A DNA stretch of 53,576 bases from a virus. Its lineage: Duplodnaviria > Heunggongvirae > Uroviricota > Caudoviricetes. Made by a program: the position numbers and the translations under genes. Location: IMG/VR virus record IMGVR_UViG_3300028048_001599. The stretch is one strand, 5' to 3'. Below, piece after piece: positions 47,992 to 53,576 of this stretch. The number at the start of each line of letters is the position of its first letter. Position 1 is the stretch's first letter. The notes below the pieces were generated by a model, which saw only the letters and a list, made by a program, of their open reading frames with translations, made no database searches and was not told the DNA's origin.

Positions 47992-48804
47992 ATGAAATGT
48001 AAAATAATCGGTATAATAGAGTTAAATGATAATACCTTAGGGTATAAGATTTTAGACATGAACGGTAACTGTATAGACATCGATTTGGAAACTGCAAAGG
48101 CATACATAGCAAACGGAATAATAACAAATGCACTCTTAAGTAATGGTAATATACGTATATCAACCTTTGATACTTCAAAACTACCGAGGTTCACTCCTGA
48201 CGGTCGTGGAAGTTATGAAAATAGCATTGTTGTATTGTATGCACTTGAGTGTGGTTTGGTTCACATAGGGTTTAATATTTTATTACCTCTTGGTAATATT
48301 AAGACAATATCTATGGAATCTGCTGTAGATTTAAGAAAAAGAGGTATTTCGTTTTTAAATGCTGGGCTACATAATAATAAACTTGTAGCTACTCAGGGAA
48401 AATTCATAACAAAGCAAGTCGTTTATGAAAAAGTAAATGGGGTAATGACACCTAAGGTAATATCAAACGAGGAATACACTAATATACGTAAAGAAAGATT
48501 ATCATACGATGCTAAATTCAAGGTAACACCACAGGGAAAACTATTGTGGGTAGCTCCGGATATATTAAAATCAGAAAAAATCTCTATCCCTGACACTGTT
48601 AAGATAATTGACTCAGGTATATTAAACAAGGCACAATGTAAAGTTTTAGTAATACCTTCAACAGTTAGTCGAATTAGCTCAGATAGTAATACTTTTAATT
48701 TCAATAAACTCCGTAAGGTATATGCTCGTGAACATTGGAGTTATTTGTTTAGTTCCGATAATATAGAATTTATACCAGCTGAAACAGATGACCTTCCATG
48801 GTAA
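47992..48804 (+). CDS. Protein with two N-terminal repeats and BspA-type LRR fragment
   Basis: GYKILD..IDLETA..GIITNA vs GFNILL..ISMESA..GISFLNA; ISIPDTVKII..LVIPSTVSRI. Confidence 0.65.
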   Translation: MKCKIIGIIELNDNTLGYKILDMNGNCIDIDLETAKAYIANGIITNALLSNGNIRISTFDTSKLPRFTPDGRGSYENSIVVLYALECGLVHIGFNILLPLGNIKTISMESAVDLRKRGISFLNAGLHNNKLVATQGKFITKQVVYEKVNGVMTPKVISNEEYTNIRKERLSYDAKFKVTPQGKLLWVAPDILKSEKISIPDTVKIIDSGILNKAQCKVLVIPSTVSRISSDSNTFNFNKLRKVYAREHWSYLFSSDNIEFIPAETDDLPW

Positions 48805-48840
48805 TTTATGCACAAATTTAGGAATTTTTAATGTTTGCTA

Positions 48841-48869
48841 TTGACAAATTAGGACAAATGTGATATAAT
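48841..48869 (+). promoter_or_regulatory. SigA-type promoter
   Basis: TTGACA-17 bp-TATAAT, TG extension. Confidence 0.85.
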
Positions 48870-48928
48870 ATAATATGTAAAAAATGTTAAAATAAAACTT
48901 TAAAATGTACCAAATGTTTTAATAATAG

Positions 48929-49516
48929 GTGGTGATAAAGGTGCAAAAAATTCTTGAATTAGATGTAGACGGGGTACTTTTGGATGTGTATACTCCTGTT
49001 GAGTTGTACCTCAGTCTAAACGGTCAAAATTTTTCATTTGCAGAAAACATAAAAACATGGGGTATGTCTGAATGTGGACCTGTTGTATCAAAGGAATTGA
49101 AAAAATTGATTGTAGACCCAGAGTTAAGGGGTCGGGCAACATTTTATAATGGTGCTATTGATTTCTTGTATGAAATATACAAGTATTCAAAACAGAAAAA
49201 TATGCAATTAGTCCTCAATTCTCACGAGTTCCGTAGGGATACTGCAAAGGTCAAACAGCACATTATAGAAAATATGCTCAGTACATCAGGTTTTAGTGAT
49301 ATAAAATATAACATATCGTCAGGACTTAATAAAGAAATGCTGAATAGTTATATTTGTATTGACGATTCTATTCCTAATATCGAAACATCTAAGGCAAAAT
49401 ATCGTATCTTGTATGGTATGTTTCATAATACGCCATCTTATAATATTATACCTAAAGGTAGTGAACGAATAGAGGGGTATGACAACATTTTAAGGAGGGT
49501 GAGTGAGATTGAATAG
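48929..49516 (+). CDS. HAD-superfamily 5'(3')-deoxyribonucleotidase-like protein
   Basis: LDVDGVLLD (motif I), ICIDDS (motif IV). Confidence 0.75.
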   Translation: MVIKVQKILELDVDGVLLDVYTPVELYLSLNGQNFSFAENIKTWGMSECGPVVSKELKKLIVDPELRGRATFYNGAIDFLYEIYKYSKQKNMQLVLNSHEFRRDTAKVKQHIIENMLSTSGFSDIKYNISSGLNKEMLNSYICIDDSIPNIETSKAKYRILYGMFHNTPSYNIIPKGSERIEGYDNILRRVSEIE

Positions 49517-49742
49517 TATCGAGGCTCGTAGTATTTTAGGATTAGGGGGTACATTTAATGAAAGTGACTTAAAAAAGGCATATAGAAAGGCTGCTGCAAA
49601 AGCTCATCCCGATACTGGGGGTAGCTCAGAACAATTTAATTTGGTTAATACCGCTTATGAATTTCTGAAGGACGCAGGTTCTGGCGTATTCAAAATGCGG
49701 ATAACACATAAATCATTATTTAATATTCAAAGAAAGGTTTGA
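49503..49742 (+). CDS. Stand-alone J-domain protein
   Basis: ARSILGL..DLKKAYRKAAAKAHPDTGGS. Confidence 0.85.
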   Translation: MRLNSIEARSILGLGGTFNESDLKKAYRKAAAKAHPDTGGSSEQFNLVNTAYEFLKDAGSGVFKMRITHKSLFNIQRKV

Positions 49743-49747
49743 TTAAC

Positions 49748-50164
49748 ATGGCTAATAAGGAATTTGGTAAGTATACTTGGACATATCCGAGTAAGAACGT
49801 TAAGAATTTTAAGGGTGCTGTTCAGGAATACGATGCTACTGATGGTTCAAAGATTGCTATTGCATTTACTACTGATGGTGCTTATGTACTCAAGGACGAT
49901 CAGGGTTATTTTGGCACTCTTGATTATGCAGGTAGAGGGGGTATCTTCTCAAAGGGTATGGACACCATTACCGATTATAACGAAACAATTCAGCTTGGCT
50001 CTGTTTACATTTCGGAGGATGGTCAGTCTGTCGAGGGTGCCGACGTTTATGACGCCATTGACGACATGCCGCTCAAGGACATTGGGTACGTTAAGACTGA
50101 TGTTAAGAACCGTATGATTGCGTGTGGTGGTTTCGGTCTTTTTGATGTAACATCAATGAGATAA
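49748..50164 (+). CDS. Hypothetical protein
   Basis: GAAAGG RBS; terminator follows. Confidence 0.7.
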   Translation: MANKEFGKYTWTYPSKNVKNFKGAVQEYDATDGSKIAIAFTTDGAYVLKDDQGYFGTLDYAGRGGIFSKGMDTITDYNETIQLGSVYISEDGQSVEGADVYDAIDDMPLKDIGYVKTDVKNRMIACGGFGLFDVTSMR

Positions 50165-50175
50165 GAATAAACGTA

Positions 50176-50213
50176 TGGGCATACTGCTATACTTAAGGCA
50201 GTATGCCTATTTT
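50176..50213 (+). terminator. Intrinsic terminator
   Basis: GGCATACTGC / GCAGTATGCC then T-rich. Confidence 0.75.
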
Positions 50214-50243
50214 GTTATTAAATTACAGTTGGGGGTCTTTGAA

Positions 50244-50747
50244 ATGAATAAAACTGTCATAGTTATAAATGGACGTGGCGGATGTGGTAAAGACACATTA
50301 GTCGACGCAGTCAAAAAAGTGTATAAGGTAATGAACGTATCGTCTATCGACAAAATAAAGGAAATAGCAACATACTGTGGATGGAGTGGTACAAAGGACA
50401 CTGCCTCAAGAACATTTCTTGCAAGGCTAAAGCAACTTTGTATTGAGTACAATGATTTACCCCTGAATGATATTCTTGAAAAGTTTAAGACATTTCTTGA
50501 TAGTGATAATGACATTATGTTTGTGCATATACGTGAGGGCTCAGAGATTGATAAATTAAAGGCACATATTCCGACATTGAAAACGATATTAGTTCACCGT
50601 GACGAAACAGATAATGCACTTTATACAAATAATGCAGACCTTAATGTTGAGGATTACACCTATGATTACGTATTCAGTAACAATGGTGAAATTGAACATT
50701 GTCAATCTTTGTTTGTAAAATTAATAAAAGAGATAGTTGTATCTTAA
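50244..50747 (+). CDS. P-loop kinase, probably deoxynucleoside monophosphate kinase
   Basis: VINGRGGCGKDT, RTFLARL, HIREGSE..ADLNV; start moved to ATG 50244. Confidence 0.7.
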   Translation: MNKTVIVINGRGGCGKDTLVDAVKKVYKVMNVSSIDKIKEIATYCGWSGTKDTASRTFLARLKQLCIEYNDLPLNDILEKFKTFLDSDNDIMFVHIREGSEIDKLKAHIPTLKTILVHRDETDNALYTNNADLNVEDYTYDYVFSNNGEIEHCQSLFVKLIKEIVVS

Positions 50748-50764
50748 CAAAAGGTGGAATTTTT

Positions 50765-51406
50765 ATGTTATTTATACTCAAATGTATTGTAACAGCGGAG
50801 CAAAAGAGTACCGCTGATAATATGGTTGATAACTGGGTGAGTGCCTACCTATTATCTGAATTGCGTAGCAGGATTTCAAAAGGGTTCAAAATCAGTGAAG
50901 ATGACAAAACCATATTGAAGCAAATATTCAACTATGAGTTGGACGACCACCTGTTCTTTATCGCAAAAGGTGATTTAGGGGTAGAGGAACATGAGTTTAT
51001 TGTTGACAACCTTGAAAGTTGTATCAATACACGAGATGTTGTTAAATATAACGAATATACTCAGTTACCTATAATTGAAGAACTTCCACAGTTGCCTGAC
51101 ATTGTAAAATGTTTTAATACATTAACTGTGTTATACCATGAGGCTGAAAATCTTGGTGAGCATGTTGATGCTTTTAAGGAGTGGTATTCTGTTCATCATA
51201 TCGACATGTGTAATTATTTAAGTAATGGTTCATTTTGGGTTCGTGTTTTAGAAAATTTTGTGAATAACCACAGTAGTGGTGATTTTGATACTGGTTTTGC
51301 AAAGCATTTAATATCTGGTTTTAATTCTTATATTACAAGAGTTAAAGTAATATACAATTCTGAAGGTGTTTACGATAAGTATACGCATTGTGTAAATGTA
51401 GATTAA
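50765..51406 (+). CDS. Hypothetical protein
   Basis: AAAGGTGG RBS before ATG 50765. Confidence 0.7.
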   Translation: MLFILKCIVTAEQKSTADNMVDNWVSAYLLSELRSRISKGFKISEDDKTILKQIFNYELDDHLFFIAKGDLGVEEHEFIVDNLESCINTRDVVKYNEYTQLPIIEELPQLPDIVKCFNTLTVLYHEAENLGEHVDAFKEWYSVHHIDMCNYLSNGSFWVRVLENFVNNHSSGDFDTGFAKHLISGFNSYITRVKVIYNSEGVYDKYTHCVNVD

Positions 51407-51733
51407 GAGTAGACTTGAATTTTAATCAATTTATTTTTGGTACATAATAAAATATTTGTGAGGTTGTGGTGTAAATAAGCAAGGTTTAGAGTATTAAGGT
51501 CGAAAAAAGCATTAAAATCGGGGTACATTAGGAAAATGGTATTTTCAACAAGTCAGAAAAGTATTGCACAATTATAGATTATGCTATTGTAACATTTTTG
51601 ATACATTTTATCTCATAAATAATACATGAAAAATTGAAAATTTTGGTTGTGACCTTCGGAGTAAAATCTGGGGGTCTTTTTTTTTGTTACGTTTTAGATG
51701 GTTGTGTGTAGTCATTGATAAACAGTTGAGAGG

Positions 51734-52040
51734 TAATACGGAGTCGTTGTTTTTGGAAAATTAGTAATGGGGGTAGTACGAAGCTGGTGTTTTTGGTAAA
51801 TTGAATTAATGATATAATACGGAGTTTAGTTTTGGTAAATTATAGGTAGATTATATTATACGTGTATTATTTTTGGTAAACAATTGCTAAGTGAATTATT
51901 TCAGGTCTGATTTTTAGTAACTTATAGTTATATACAGCTTATGTGTTCAGTAGATTCAGCTTTTGGTAAATTAACAAGTGTTCATATTTTGGTAATATAT
52001 AAAAGTAATAGACACTGGATATATAATTTTTGGTAAACTT
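51734..52040 (+). repeat. Degenerate ~40-bp periodic array (TA(A/G)TACG ... TTTTGG(T/A)AAA)
   Basis: TTTTGG core at 51751, 51791, 51830, 51871, (51912), 51961, 51987, 52028. Confidence 0.8.
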
Positions 52041-52575
52041 AATCAAGTGTGAAAACATTATATTAAAAACTACGACAGTGATAAGAAAAACCATAGAAAA
52101 ATAGATAATTTATGGGGTTACATATTTAAAATTTAGCAAAGATCAAGTTTATATTTACATTATTGACCTGTATAATTGTTCTATTCATAAATTGTGAAAA
52201 TTGGGGTATTTCTGCTAAATACTTACAAAATTCAGGTACAATTTTTTGGTAAATAAGTACATGAGTGATTTTTGGTGGTCTGTAACAAATGGGGTAATTT
52301 TGACCTGTCATTTTTAATGACATTTTGGAAAAGGTTTAGTATGATTTCTAATAAAAAAGACTCATTTTCTAAATAGTTATTGATTGAATCCATAAAATAG
52401 TAGTTAGTTTCCAATAAAAAGGTGTATATGACCAAATAATAGGTGTTATGTTCTAAAAAGAGGTTTTATTTGACTAAATATAAAGACTATATTTCTAAAT
52501 GAAAAGACTTATTATCTAAAAAATTATTATATTAGACCAAAAAAGAAGTATAATAAACTAAAAAGATATAGATAA

Positions 52576-52651
52576 TTTCCAAAAGTTACTACAATAATCT
52601 AAAAGTTTTAAGTTGTTTTCCAAAAGTTACGTTGTTATTTTCCAAAAGTTA
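52576..52651 (-). repeat. 13-bp repeat x3, inverted relative to the TTTTGG(T/A)AA array
   Basis: TTTCCAAAAGTTA at 52576, 52617, 52639. Confidence 0.8.
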
Positions 52652-53389
52652 ATAACATATAAACCAAAACTAATACATGAGTTTAGTACATCAGTAAAAT
52701 TTTTGGTCTACATAAGCAAAAATTTATAGGTTACTTGATGCTCTCGTACCCCCGAATGTCTGAAAATGTCATATTAAGCAAAATTTTGGTCTACATTTTG
52801 GTAAAATTGTGAAAATTTAATGAGTACATTGGTTAAAAATTGTTATAACTTAGGGTTTTTACTTCATTTGGTAAGTTATACTCGTTTAATTTTAATCTTA
52901 TAATTGTTTCAATCAGGACTTTGTGTCGTTTGTTGATTTTGTTACATGTTAATATTTAGTTTACCCCTTGTTATTAATCAATTTTTAGCTTTTGTTCTTT
53001 TGTCTTATTTTGTTGTTTATTTATACTTGTTTTCTGTTATAGTTTTATAGTTTGGTTTAATTTTTTATTTAGTACATAAATTAAAATTTTTAAGCACTAA
53101 TTTTATCAATTTCATATCTTGAAGGTTGAGGGTTTGTTGTTGTTTAATTATTTGTAATTTTCATCTTTGTTTTATACTTCGGTGTACACTTCATAAAATT
53201 ATTGATAACTGTTCCACTTGATATGTTTAGCTCAGGAAAAAATAATCGTTTAATTTGGAAATTTATGTAATAACCTAAGTTATAAATTGTTAATGACATT
53301 TAGGTTTTATGTTAGTATATAATTAGTTTCTGAAGTAAAAAGAAAAATCGTAGTTGTTAATACAATAAACGGAGTAGTAAAATTGTTTA

Positions 53390-53576
53390 TCACTTTTAAG
53401 TCTTAAACGAGGTTAATTCTCTAATCACTTTTTAAATTTATAAATCACTTTTAAGTCTTAAACGAGGTTAATTCTCTAATCACTTTTAAGTCTTAAACGA
53501 GGTTAATTCTCTAATCACTTTTTAAATTTATAAATCACTTTTAAGTCTTAAACGAGGTTAATTCTCTAATCACTTT
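53390..53576 (+). repeat. Composite tandem repeat A-B-A-A-B-A running off the window end
   Basis: A = TCACTTTTAAGTCTTAAACGAGGTTAATTCTCTAA (35 bp), B = TCACTTTTTAAATTTATAAA (20 bp), all copies exact. Confidence 0.95.

Noticed and set aside
51734-52040. 40-bp periodic array as a degenerate CRISPR
   Set aside because: Period too short for repeat plus spacer, and conservation is split into two short boxes
1054-52296. GGGGTA as G-quadruplex or methyltransferase target
   Set aside because: G-runs are hundreds of bp apart, and methylation alone would not create enrichment on one strand
53390-53576. 35-bp repeat as a CRISPR array
   Set aside because: No unique spacers: intervening 20-mers are identical and related to the repeat, two copies abut, and no cas genes are present
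1-53576. Stop-codon reassignment as in some gut phages
   Set aside because: Genes are full length under code 11, and TAG/TGA end genes right before the next RBS

Overview
AT-rich (roughly one-third GC, judged by eye), densely coding and almost entirely + strand segment. It is most consistent with a large phage of a Bacillota (probably Clostridia) host: SigA-type promoters, GGAGG/GAGGTG ribosome-binding sites, standard genetic code. No capsid, tail or terminase gene lies in the window, so a giant plasmid-like element cannot be excluded. From left to right: (1) a PARP-like ADP-ribosyltransferase, nucleotide-metabolism genes and small early genes; (2) five orphan DNA methyltransferases; (3) a nuclease island with a solo tnpB and two HNH proteins; (4) a replication/recombination module (YhaM-like HD nuclease, RecD2, primase, gp32-like SSB, divergent TnpB-like RuvC protein, split SbcC, SbcD, DnaN-like clamp); (5) envelope proteins and a 1372-aa VirD4/FtsK/HerA-like ATPase; (6) a 2.2-kb repeat-rich non-coding end. 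The strongest unexplained signals are three. First, the hexamer GGGGTA occurs about 120 times on + versus 5 on - (manual count), in all reading frames, and appears to flip polarity in the terminal repeat region. Second, four methyltransferases and the gene upstream of the clamp share a position-fixed C-terminal [LF]-D-F-[SN]-x-x-x motif (candidate clamp-docking tag). Third, a catalytically intact TnpB-derived nuclease is embedded in the replication operon with no room for a guide RNA. All counts are manual, and family calls rest on motif recognition, not database searches.
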